Part shown: in pieces, positions 1 to 13,585 of the stretch
Position numbering within the stretch: the stretch's first letter is position 1
How the letters are laid out: every line of letters starts with the position of its first letter
Source of the DNA: a virus
Taxonomy: Duplodnaviria > Caudoviricetes
DNA: 64,000 nucleotides
Reading direction: 5' to 3' (one strand)
Virus record (IMG/VR): IMGVR_UViG_3300028886_000002
Location: 32,001 to 96,000 of that record
The notes under the pieces: generated by a model
What the model was told of the DNA's origin: nothing
Seen by the model: only the letters and a program-made list of their open reading frames with translations
The model's database searches: none
Translations under genes and position numbers: made by a program

Positions 1-3000
1 ACAAAGATTCAGAACGGTGATAAGGATATAAGTATTCCTGCAGAATATATATATCCTAAGTTTACTAAAGACGTAGTAAAAAAATCAAAAGGTAAAGCTA
101 AAACTCCTAGTAAGAAAAATAAGAATACTAAATTTGATGTAGGGGATATTATTACAATAAAGAAAGAAAAAGGTAAGAATGGTCGAAAAGGATCTTCTAT
201 TTAGTATAAAATATCTGATATATCTTCTAAGAGAGTATTTAATAAAAAAACCAAACGTTGGACTAGCAAACAAGTATACAAATTACAGCAGGTAGGGAAA
301 CCAGCTAATGTAAAAGAATGGACTACAGACTTTGTAGATAATAATTACAAGAAAGTAAGAAGCGCAGCTGCTTCTAAGACTACTAAAGAACAGGTATCTA
401 CATTAGAGAAATTAATGGCTAGAGAAATTAAACCTGCAACTACGGGAGATACCACACCAGTATCAGCTACAGAGTTACAGAACATCCTTAATTATGCTGA
501 TAATCAAGTAATGGGAGTTAAATTATATTCTGGTCTGTGCTTTAGAAGTGGTATAGGATTTAATGTTACTCCTAACACTGACACCTTTACTTTGACTTAG
601 CTTGATCCACTAGGAAGAGATGAAGAAAATCCTTCCGACTTAAGTGGTCTTATAATACCTTTCTTAAATATAGTGGATAATAATGGAAATCCTTTGTAGT
701 ATGACCATAAAACAATGTCTGCTGTAACATAGGGTAACGATTTAGTAGTAGTATAGAAAGGTACTAGTAATGTAATTGGTAAAGTAAATAATCCAACCTT
801 GCCTGTTAAATTGTTAAGTGAACTTGAAGCAACTCAAGCAAAGCTTAGATCATTATTGATGTTTAATAATGGGAATCTAAGAGAATTACATAAAGATATA
901 TATGGAGAAGTCTATAATCTATATGCTAACAATTCTGCATTCTTACAGACTACTAAGGATTTAACAAAAATACCTTTATTATAGAATTTGTATAGATTAT
1001 CCAAAAGCTCAAGTCCAGGTTAGTTTACTTTTAAATTAAAGGTATTTAATAAAGATAACTTTGAACCTGAAGTTGACAAAGTATTAAGAATGGGTAACTC
1101 TGCAGTTCCTAATTCTAAATTATTAGTATATTCTATAGAAGGATGTATGGAAATAACTATGGGCGTATTTCCAAATCCTAAAACTGTAGAAACTTATATA
1201 TCTAATTTAGAGAAGATATATAAGTCAATGAAATCTAGTAATAAGGATAAAGCACGCTTAAATAAAGCAATAAGTTAGCTAAAAAATACTTTAACCGTAG
1301 TTAATTCTATAGATTCCAGCTCCAAGAGTTTACAACAAACTACATACTGGGATTTAGGAGAATTCAATTTGGCAGAGCATCGTGTCACTAACACAAAGAG
1401 AAGCCCAATTTAGTTTGCTTTAGGAAATGGATAGACTTAGATGGATTTTGCTCAATTTAAGGAAGATCCAGATATTATTTGCTCTGATCCTTTCTTATTT
1501 ACAGATGCTTATAAAAATTCTGGCTTAGTTGATCCCTCAACTGCAGGTAAAGCTGTTGTATTCTATACTACAGACTTAAACCTTTACTACGGTTTTGAAA
1601 ATGGTAAATTAGCAGTTGCAAATAGTAAAAAGAATGATTCCTTTAAGAAGATAACTAAAGCTAATAGTAACGAATTATATTCCTTATGGGCTACTGTTAG
1701 AGAATAGGCCGTTGCTTCAGGTAATATGGATGATCTTAATGCTTTGGAAGATAAAATTACAATGGTTGTTTTATCTCCAAAGGGCGTATCCTTAGAAGAA
1801 TTCGTAACTCAGGCTATCAAATTAAAAGAAGCCATGAGAAATGGTGTAAAATATATTACTCCTGCGGGAAATATAAACACCTATACTAGAATTATAGAAT
1901 TCTTGATTAATACTAACATAGAAGTAAAGAAATTCTTAGCTAAAATAAATAAGGATAGTGGAAAATCTTCTTATTCTTACGGCACATTATTTAGTGTTAA
2001 TGGAACAAATGCAGCTATTAATTTTAACACTGTAGATGAAGTTAAGTAGTTCCATGATGATTTAACCTAGATGCTCTCTGGTATATTTACAACAATTGAT
2101 TCTAACATTAATCTCTCTGATTATGGTATTGGTAAATCTACCTCTACTAAGAAATTAGAGAGTGCTTTAGGAAAACTATTAGTTGAAGTTATTGGAGACT
2201 AGGACTTAATAAAAGAATTTATTGATAGTGGTAGAGTTGGGTATTCAGCTAAAGGTACTGGAAATACCATAAAAACAACTTTTAGTGGTTCACATTGGTA
2301 TGAAGTATTCTCTTCTATAGTTAGTTACTTTACAAATAATGTAAATGTTGACGACACTGAAATTGCTGAAAATAGAAAAGATTTCTTAAGCAAGTTAGAA
2401 GCTTTACGACAAGTGGACGCCATTGATAAAGAAAATCCATTAAAATTCGGAATCTTCTATAATCCAAGGTTTAAACCAAATCCTAATTTTAACCCTTCCA
2501 AAAAGGAAATGGCTTATCCAGCAACAGATCTCGAAGATCACTTTTATGTTTCAGTTGTACCTCAAACTCCTGACTTTGTATTACCATTAACAACACTAAG
2601 TAAAGTAAGTAGTACTTCAAGTTCGGACAATGTAGGCGGTACTGCTCCTTCAACTTCGGTAGCAAGAGCAATGGCTGCCGCTCCTGCTGCAGCTGCTTCT
2701 AATTCAGAAGCTGAAAAAGTATTAGTAATGCTTAATAGAGCTATTGAAAAATTTAAGTAGAAGTTAATTGATGAACTACATATACAAGAAAATATTGATC
2801 CTAATTTACTTACAATCCTGGAACAAACTATAAGCGATGTCGTAGATTCAAAAGCAGAACCTATTATACAGGATTTAAGAACAAATGGGGATAATTCTCA
2901 ATATGCAGTAAAAGAGAAAATGATGGAGGCTGCTAATGCATCAGTTAGAACTATACTTACTGATATTGTTACAGAAGTTAATAATAGGATATCTGATCTT

Positions 3001-3639
3001 AATATTTCTACTGTTCCTATAGTAACTTATAATGGAATGATAAGTACGCTTGAACAAGAATTACGTTCTAGAAAAAATTATAAAAAGACTGATTTCAATA
3101 GCCCATTAGCTGAAACATAGTTAGTTAAGGATGGTAAAGATTATTTCTTATATTATAAAGAAGATGGAATAGCTTATAGAGTTAAAATAACTATGTAGGA
3201 TGGCTATGTACGTGATATCAGAAGAAAAGTTATAAGTGCATCAGAATTTCCAGGGGCAGCTCCAGCCGTAGAGCCAGAACAAAAATCTGATTCTTTAGAA
3301 TTAATACCTAAAATAATAGAAAGCATTAATTCTGTTGAACCTCAAAGAGAGGGAGGAATACCTCAGTAGTTTGTAGATGCTTTTAATACGGCAAAACAGA
3401 GTCTAATTGAAGCTGTTACTGATTCTATTTCTTAGGATCCTGGAGTTGTAAATGCTGCTGTATCGAAGTGGCAACTTGCTATGAGCATAATAGAAAATTT
3501 AAAGAATATGTACTAGGTAACATCTAACTTAGATGCTGTTATAGCTGAACATATAAAAGAATTAAATTCGAAACAAACATCGGAAGACATTTGCGTAGAT
3601 GCGCAAAACTTAGTAATTTTGTTGAATAAAACAATTTAA
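1..3639 (+). CDS. Large virion cargo/ejection protein, C-terminal part (5' end outside window); TAG read as Gln
   Basis: Frame-1 ORF fragments 415-3120 all end in TAG and join into one frame, open from base 1 to TAA at 3637-3639 (...EDICVDAQNLVILLNKTI*). Lies directly upstream of the virion RNAP gene. Confidence 0.8.
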
Positions 3640-3652
3640 AATTAATATTCAA

Positions 3653-6600
3653 ATGAACGGACAATGTAGTTTAAATGATTCAAACATATATTCACTTTTA
3701 AATAAGTTATTAGTTCCTGGCAGAAATCTAGATAATACCTATAAAGAGATAGGTAGGACTCTAGTAGAGGGAGGGTATGACTTATCTGAGGATAACAGAG
3801 AACATTTGGCAGAAGCAATGCTAGCTTGGAGGAATGCTAATCTTCCAATAGCATTGTTTTCGCCTGGTTCAGAGAATCAAATATATCTGAGCGCATTAGC
3901 TGCTGATAGTAAAGAATTATAGTATGCTTTAACTTCTATTATTCATTGGGATGGTGATACTAAACCAGAAGATACTAAATAGATGGTTATAGTTGATTAG
4001 GACAACAGTGATAATGATACTGTTGATATTACCACTCGTATTAAGGAGAACCAATTGGATGATATTTACTAGCAAGCTGCAGAAGCTAAAACATTAATGT
4101 AGCAATCTTTTAAAAGAAATATTGTTAGTTCATTGCTAGTAAATTTTAAAATTGGTCAAATTCCAACAACTGCTGAACAAGTAAATAATAATATTGCTTC
4201 TTATAAAGAGGAATTAGCTAAAGCTATCGTTGATTATGCAAATACTTATGCAGAAAGAAATATTACTGCTCAGATGTATAATGAAGATGGTACCTTAAAT
4301 ATTAGTGGGTATAGAACAGTTGAAGAATTAGCAAAGCATCTTTTTGAAAATACTACAGATATTGAACTTATCGACGCTTTTAAAATGAGAAATGAATCTC
4401 CTAAATCTAGAGCATTTCTTGACGCTTTTAATGCTTGGATAATTCTAAATAACTTTGATATGTTATTGAAAGCAGAGTTAAAAGATTCTGTAAATATTAA
4501 GAAAAGTCTTTTAGATGCTCAAGTAGATAAAGATGTTATAAAATACTAGCTTGTAGATGAGTCTGAATTAGTAAAGACTTGGAGAAATTCAGAAGATGTA
4601 AATGCATTAAAAGAACTTGGTAATATAACAACATTACTTATCTCATCTACACCTATGTATGATTACAATAAAGGCAAGCCTTATTTGCAGCCTGGGAAAT
4701 ATGTAGATCCAAATTCATTTTTCTTTGCATTTGCTGATATATTAAGAATACCATCTATTAAGAGAATTTCTGAAAATAAACGTTATAATTCATTAGAAAT
4801 TATCCCTCAAATTATAGATGCTGTTTTATCTATTTCTTCTTTGGGCCCTAATACAAATCTAATACATAGTATAATGTATTCTGTACAATAGCATTTCTTT
4901 AGGACTTCTGGAAAGCAAGCTGACCAAGACTACTCTTTGGCAGAAATTATGCTAAAAGAACAAAATTCTGAAGGTTACTATGTAAATAAGAATTATTTAA
5001 ATTATGTTGCATCTGCTATAGATAAGACTGTACGAAACTTATATTTGACTTATAATTCAAATAGAGACACTGGTGTAATTGAAACTAGAGTTTCTACGGA
5101 TGTATCAGCATCTAATAGTGAATTTGACATTAGGAATTCTATCGAGAGTCCTAATAAGATGCTTCTTCCTTCTTAGAGAGAATAGTTAATAAATACATAT
5201 GTTCTTAACAATAAAGAATACTACGATGCTTTATCTGAAGAAGAGCAAGAGAAAATTGGGTATGATCCACAGTTAAGTTCATATCCAAGTTTGTGGTCTA
5301 TAACTACTGATATTACTGTGGGAGGAGCTCCTGCTAAATTAGTAATACGAGTATTTAATGACATTACTTCAGATGGTAGTTAGAATAATAAAGCAATCCA
5401 TTCTATAAATATAGTAGATGAAAACGAAAATGTATCTACTATATTTAATAGTAAAGATGGATTTAGCCCAGAAGTTCCAGAAGCAATATTACAAAATGTA
5501 GAATCTGTCATAATGGATATGGTAGATGATACATTAAAGCAGAACTTCAAGACCAATCCTGAATTCTTTAATGCTTATATGTAGAATCTTCCTAACAAGG
5601 AAACTGGACAATAGCAGTCACATTTAGAGGGATTATTATACTTAATTCCAATGGCTAACAGAGTATTAATTAAACATACTTTAGAAGCTAAGAATTTAGC
5701 AGAGAATACTTCATTGTTAGACAAAGTATATAGAATTGATCCTATTTATAAATTTTAGAATGGTAAGCAAAAGCCTTATTTATCCCTTTAGAAAAAACTA
5801 AAAGTATTAATGGATACAAAAGGTGATAAGACTGTTGTAAAATTCTTAGGAAATGCTAAAATGGTAATTACAGGAGAAATTGCAAAATCTACATCTAAAA
5901 ATATTGAAGGTAATACTGTTTCTAACAATGGTCTAACTAATCTTATGAGCACTGTTGCTTTAGTATTTGAAGATTCCAGGAAAAAACTATCTACTGAACA
6001 GGATGATAGTATGGAAGACCCATACTATCGTAATTCTTGTTTACGAAACTGTGTCTTTGTACTACAACCTGAATTTTTACATGGAGTAGTATAGAAGCAA
6101 GGTGCAAAAAGTAAAGACGGTTTATCTAGTAAGCTAGACAAGAAATTTAATGTGGCAGAGTCCTTAGAAAGTGCAATAAAATTTGATTTCTTGATTAATT
6201 ATGGGTTAGATCCAACTAATTCACAACAAGGTATAATCAGAATTCAGCCTACAGATTATTCTGATAAAACTACTGACTATCTTCTCGAATTAAATGGAAA
6301 TATTCCACTTTCAAATAATAAAAGTTTAGTAGGAATGTCCTGTATAGAAGTAGAAGAATTGCATAGAACTCAAATGGATAGTATGTATAGTACTATGCGT
6401 GATAACATAGGAAAAGACTATCATGACACATTATTTAATTTCGTATTAAGAAATGCCGAAATATTAGGATTAAACAGAGACTATTTAATACGTTTAGATC
6501 AGTAGGCTGATTATTCAAAATACTATGATTACTATACTCAAATAGTATTTAAAGCAATCAATAATAATATTGGTAACTTACAAATAGATGGTAAAACTTA

Positions 6601-9600
6601 TTCTAATCCAAAGCAATTATATAGAGACTTATCCAGAATAAATAATACCAAAGTAATTACTAATGTACATTTTGATGATACGGCTAAAGTCTTAACTACT
6701 AATAATATTATTGATTATTATTTCCGTGTATTCGGCAATAAAGATTTATATAATTATGTTCTTAAGAGAAACCAGTTACGTTTTATTAAAGATGTTGCCC
6801 AGTATGTTAACTTTAGATGGTCTACTCAAAAAGGTATTGATCCTATATTGGAAAATGCTGTAAAGAGGCTAATAAGTAATGGTACTATTGGTGATGAAGA
6901 AATGTTTATACATAATTGGGTAGATTATAGAACTGGTGACCTTATATTAGCCAAAATAAATACAGACGAAGAATCTATACCTTTAACTAAAACTGACTTA
7001 AAGAAATTAAAACTTTCTGATTTAATTTATGGTGATAATTTTGGATTTGAGATAAACCCAATTCTTAGAGCATTCTTTGCCATTGACACAATGGTATCGC
7101 AGCAATTTATTAGTTCTACTGTTGGAGGTAACTTTGTACATAAAAACAACTTTGGAAAAAATACTGATGCTAATCCGTTGTGGGAAAATGTAGGACGATT
7201 TGAAATAGGTAGTCCTGAATTTAATATTGCTTTAAATGAATACTTAGATACAGTGGAAGTAGAAGATGCAGGTAGATTACTTACTCAGTATAAACGTATG
7301 GTTATTTACCCTGCCACTATGCACCCATTGTATTAGATGGCATTGGAAGGGTCTCCTACATATTATAATATGGCAAGTATAGACGATGTTTAGGCCAATA
7401 CTTGGGATTATATTAGTGGAGACCATAGTAACGGTAAACAAAAAACTATAGATGCTCACGATGGTTCTGGTATGGTTGATCCTGGATTTGCTATTCTTGA
7501 AAATGGATCATTACAAGGTGCCCATGTAGGTATTGATAAAAAACCTATTGGACATAGTATGGATGATTCATATATGGTTGAGACAGAATTAAAGTATGCG
7601 TTGTTTGCAATTACTAATTGGAAAGTTAGAAATTCTAGTAATAGAGTCGGAGAACGCTATGGTATTAATTATGACCTTTTCCGTAGAAAAATGGGTAGTT
7701 CAGAATATGGGCAAGGATGGCCTAGTGATTTAGATATAGATATTACCACTAAATTTAATGGTGAAAAAATTAATCTAGATGACTTAGTTTCTACATATTT
7801 CTATGATCCAAAACTCAAGAGTTACTTCCAAATTGTAGGAATACAAAAGTTACCAAATGTTAAGAATGGTTACATATTTACATACTAGCATGTAGATGAA
7901 AATGCAAAGCCCATAGGAAAACCAATAGAAGCAGAGCAGCCTCTTATAATTGACAGTAATTACTCTTTATGGAAAGCTTTAGGAGGAGAATGGTCTTGTT
8001 CTCTCCAAGATGGTAGGTTAGTAGAAGATGAATCCTCTAACTATAATTGGGCTTATTTTGCAAACAATATAGGATTTATAAGAACAAAACAAAATCCTAT
8101 AGCTATGCATGAAATAGATTATACTGAAAATGATTTACTTGATGAAAATGATATTACTACTGATGAAAATGGTAAAAAATCTTTTCCAGTAGTTTTAACT
8201 CAAAAAGATATATATCAACCTCTTAAATATTCAGGAATACAATATGCAGTAAACGTATCAGGTATTAAGAATGGTCAAGTAAATACAAACCCAGTACGAT
8301 CTTATTATGATTAGACCCCTTTAAGAAGCTTTCGTATATTTACTAAGCATCTTGGGGTGCAAATGAATGCTGACCACCATGCAGATGATGCAGAACTTAC
8401 TGAGATGTCTCAGGTTATTTCTGCATTGGAAGCTAACGGTTGGGCACACGATCTAGTAAAATAGATTTATGAAGACCTGGGAAGTATAGTATTATAGACT
8501 CTTGAACAAGAAATTAAAGCTTTAAAAGTTTTCTTAAAAACAGGTGATAATACAGAAATATATAGAATTGTAGGTAAGGCCTTTATAAAATCTTTTGGTA
8601 AAGACGGAGGACAAGACACTCTTACTGCTAGTATGATGAATAATATCATCAAGGAATTAAATGGAGAAGACAATATAGAAAATATTGAATAGAAATTACC
8701 TTTTAGTGATACTTCTGTATTATCTTCAGTAGTTGGTAGTATTACTTCTAATATCAATAAAACAGCCATTAAAAGAAAGTACTCAGGTTTAGCCGCTGTT
8801 CTTGTACCTGCCTATGATATTATAAAAGTTTATAAGCAGAAACAAGAAGATGGATCAACTAAAGACGCTCTTAATGAGGATATTATTAAAAATGATACTG
8901 ACTTGTCTGCTCAAACAGAAGCAAGTGATATAATGTCAGCTAAAAACATAGAGTTAGGCCTATCTTATATAGTATATGAAAATGTGGCATTAGACCCTTA
9001 GCCATTAAAAAGAGCTATAATTGATGGCAAAGAATATTATGTAGGGCATAATTATGACGGAATGTTAGTTTTGTTTGATAAATATGGTAATCAACAAGAT
9101 ATTCCTATGCCTGATTTAATACAAGGGCAATATGTTACTGGATAGTTACCTGATTTAGTTGTTACATTGGATACAATTAGTGACTACAAGAAGTTTAAGC
9201 GTTCAGCATTATAGTTTAAAGAAGACTATGCAGTAGGTAGAAACCTCTAGCCATCTAAAACTAGCTTCTAGGTTAGAGAAGAAGAGGGTACTACTTATAG
9301 TATATTTGACACTGATGAAATTGAACAAAAAATAAAATTCAGAGAATTCTATGATGTATTTAAAAAGACTCCTGTAATAAATTACAAGAATTTCTTTAAT
9401 AATAATGATGCTTTATTTGATATAATCAACAGAAATCTAAATCCTAGAATAGTATCTATATACACTAAAATTAGAAATCTAACATCTAAAGATGTATTGA
9501 CTACTAATGATGATGTAATGATTTAGAAGTATATGGATATGTTGGAAGTCGAGTTTGCTAACCAAGTAGTAATGGCTTTCCAAAATTTGCATCAATAGCA

Positions 9601-12600
9601 CATAGTACATATGGGAGGAGAAACATTTAATGTTGTTCCTGAAACAATTAAAGTTGAACCTGCTGAATTGGTTGTATCTAAAATATATGCAACTAAGTTT
9701 GGAATAAAGAAAGGTGATAACTTAAACAATATTGATCTTTAGTATTTTATAAACTAGCAAAGAGAAAATTTTGTACCCAAAACTGAATTATATGATATAA
9801 TGCTCCGTAGGGATAATGGAAGACATACTTATGTTTTACTTAGTAAGCATAAAGACTAGTTATTAAATAAGCAATTTGTAAAGGTAAATCCCCCTACTCG
9901 TGTGGACTCTGTTACTGGTGATGTGATAAGATTAAATGAGTTAGAAGAGGACATGATGCCTTTCAATAACTGCGAGCTATATGTTAAGGATGGAATAGAA
10001 GTAATCGTAACAGACGATCCTGCTGATTTAGTAGATGATGCTTTTGAATACTCTTCATATGATATAAATCCATCTAGTAAATTTGGATTAGAAGACTTAA
10101 AAGTATTTGATACTATTCCTCTTAAGAGGATTTCATTAGAGCAAAGAGAAAATTATATTAATAACTTAGCTTAGAAAAAATGGTCTTCTTTCTAGCAATC
10201 ATTAGAATTTATAGCTGCTCGTATTCCTGCTCAAGCTTTACAATCCTTCATGCCTATGAAAGTAGTAGGATTTACTGATTCTGAGGAAAACAAAGCTTAT
10301 GTTTCTCATTTCTAGACTTATCTTTAGGGTTCTGACTATGATATTGATAAAGTATATCTAATGGGTAATGAGTTTACAGAGTCTGGAATTTATATTGGCT
10401 GGAGTCCTTACTTCAACTTAAATAGTTTACAGAAGTTAAAAATTTCCTAGGAAATTCCTATGCCTAATGGTATAGAATATTCATTGGTTTCTGCTTAGGG
10501 TACAGGTGAAAATACTGATATAACTGAAGACATAATTAATCTTAAGTTAACGGAACTTTCTTATGGGTAGGACAGTATTTAGTATTTAACTGCAATCAAA
10601 AACCTTCTTATTAAAGCTTAGCAGACTAAAAATTCAGAATTGGCTGTAAATTATACTTCTTTGGCAGATACTTTTATACAAAATGGAATTGCCCACGATC
10701 CTACAGCATCTTTATAGTTTGTATAGGATGAAGCTGACAGAATACTTGATATGATTAATAAACATACTTCTTATTTTAAATCAATTAAGAATAAGGATAT
10801 GCGTTTAAAGATGACCAAGAATTCTGTTACATCCAAGATGTATAAAACTGCTAATCTTCCAGAAAATACTTATGCTGCTTACAGCCCTATCGAGATGGGT
10901 GAAACTAGAGAAGCTGCAACTAAGTCTTAGATGGGTGAAGCCGAAAAAGACTATACTACTTTTAATCCAGTATCTAAGTTTATGATGCATTATCAAAATA
11001 TGATGGGTAAAGATGGTATTGGTATATCAGCAGTAGGAGAGAAAGTATTATTCTGTCTATAGTTCTATTTTAACGAAGCTGCAAGATTAAACTCAAATTT
11101 TGATAATCTTGATTCTGATGAATTTAAATTCTAGAGAAATGCATTTTTCCATAAGACATTGGATATAGTAGCAGCTGGTACAGATAGAATGCCTATAATT
11201 CGTAATCTTATTGCAAACGTTAATTTAAAAAATAATAATCATATATGGGCTCAAATTATTAATTCTAACGTAGCAGAATTAGAGAGTCTAATGCAGACAA
11301 GTTAGGATTCAGAAAGAATTAAATTCTTACAAGACATGATACTACTCCAATTAAACTATATGAAAGATAGTTCTCTTGTGAATAGTTCACTTCTTTCTGC
11401 AGCAACTGATAATGCTAAAGAGCTTATTCTTGCAAAAATCAATGCTAATCCTGATATGATGAAAGTCTATACATACGGTATAATATTAGGAATTGATTTT
11501 ACAGATATAGCAAATTTAATGATCTCTCCAACTGTAAATGCTGTTAATCAGTTGAGTGATATTAACATATTTGAGAAAGATAGCTTAACTTCTGCTATTA
11601 CAGCATCTTTAAATTCTCTTAAGAAAGGTATAAATCCTGGTGAGTATCTTAATACTACTGACATAGAGATAATTGAAGACTTACTTTTTAAAGTACCTAA
11701 TGGGGATGTTAGAAGACTAGATTTATAGGAACTTATACGTAAGTCAAAAACCTCTAGTGTAGAAGGGCATACCACGTTCAAGCAAGATTTAGATGGAGTA
11801 AATAAAGGTGAAGTAAGTTGGGAAAGATTTGCAGCTGATTGGACAGTTAAGATTAATAATATTATTGCATTAATAGATGGGTTAGCGGGTTCCACTCCTT
11901 CTCCAAGCATTCAATAGCTTTACAGGTATTTATTCAAGATGCAAGAATGGCTGGATATTGTAAAGGATATTGATCAAGAAACTTTGAATACATTTAAAGA
12001 TATGCTAGATTCAGCAGAAGAATTTGTTACCTTTGGTGCTATCTTAGGCATTAATCAAGGTATTAGAACTGATGTTGATGGTAAATTAGCATATTTAAAT
12101 AGAATAGAAAATGTGTTTAAAAATAGATTCGATAAAGGAGCTTCTGTAGATGTAAATGATATTTTAGCTTCTAAACCTTACTATGTAAGATTCTATGGTG
12201 GGGAACAAGAAGCTAGAAATTACATAGAAGCTACTGTTAAGAAGGCAGACTCTTTAGGAATATTCAACGACTTTAATGTACTACAATTCCTATTAGATGA
12301 ATAGTACAGAGAGGTTGCTATTGATGCTTACGACTTAGTAAAGGGTACTATTAATATACTAGATATAATATCAAGAGTACCCCATTTCCAGGCAATGATA
12401 GACTCTAGCGGTGTTGATTTTTATTTGTTCAGCAGTATTAGTTCTGTATTTAATTTGATGTATAATATTTCACATGAATTATTATAGAGAGGAGAATTAA
12501 GCTCATTATCTACTAGACAAAGAACTGACTTTACTAGAGACCTTCAGAACTTTATACAATCTCAAATTGCCTTAAAGTATTTTAAGGATAGAAATGTTAA

Positions 12601-13585
12601 AGTTCCAATCGGCGAAGGAAATCAGGTAATTAATAAAGACGGTGAACTAATAACTATTGAACAAGAAGAGGCTTTAGATTTAGGAACAGTAGAAGGGCAA
12701 GCAGCATTTAAACTTTGGATGGAACAAACTGTAGTTCCAAATTTAAAAATGGGAGTTGTTGAAGATGGTAATGATGAATATATCCAACGCTCATTGTTAA
12801 CTAATAAATTTATACAAGCCCTTACTTTGAATTCTACTACTAGAACAACTACTGGAGATGAAAAAGGTGTTATATCTCTACCTATTAATATGTCAGTATC
12901 AACAAGTGAGTATAATGAAAATATGTTCGTATCATACCTTACTGATTTTAATAAATTAAAAGGTGTAACATATAATGGTATTCCAGTACAAACTTTATTC
13001 TTCTGGTATAACTTGATTGTAAATAGAAATGTCCAAAGCCGAGATTCTTTAACCAAAATATTTAAATCTGCTATTAGAGATAATAGAGGGGATAATGACA
13101 TTAATGACTATTTTAAGTATGTTGGTGACATGGATAAAAGATAGTTGTTTTCTTCTGAAGACTTTAATATGCAAGACTTATTATTATCTTGTGCTCCAAA
13201 AGTTACTAGAGCGTGGTTAGTAAATGAGAAGTATGAATCTAACTAGTATCCTACATTTGTAAAAAGCTGGGATTCTGACACTGGTACATATAAAATATAT
13301 AAATTAGATCCTACTACTTTTGCAAAACGCGGAGGTGATGAAATGGACGATCTAGCATTAGCACAAATGGAAGATGCAGGAGAATTAGATTATGAAACTA
13401 ATGAGTTTACTCCTGTTGGATATAGAGAATATACTGTAAATGCAAATATGAGTAAAGCAGTAATGGCTAATTTATATCCATTCTTACCCTATAATTCCAG
13501 AGAGTTTAAAACAAAAGACGTAATGGATAAATTAAGTAGATTATTTAAACAAGGTAAAATTTTTATTTATAACGATTGTGGCTAA
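3653..13585 (+). CDS. crAss-like virion RNA polymerase, about 3310 aa, TAG=Gln
   Basis: 14 track fragments share frame 2 and are separated by TAG; terminal stop is TAA 13583-13585. Catalytic DxDxD motif GSDYDIDK at 10328-10351, preceded by AARIPAQALQSFM (about 10215-10252). Confidence 0.92.
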
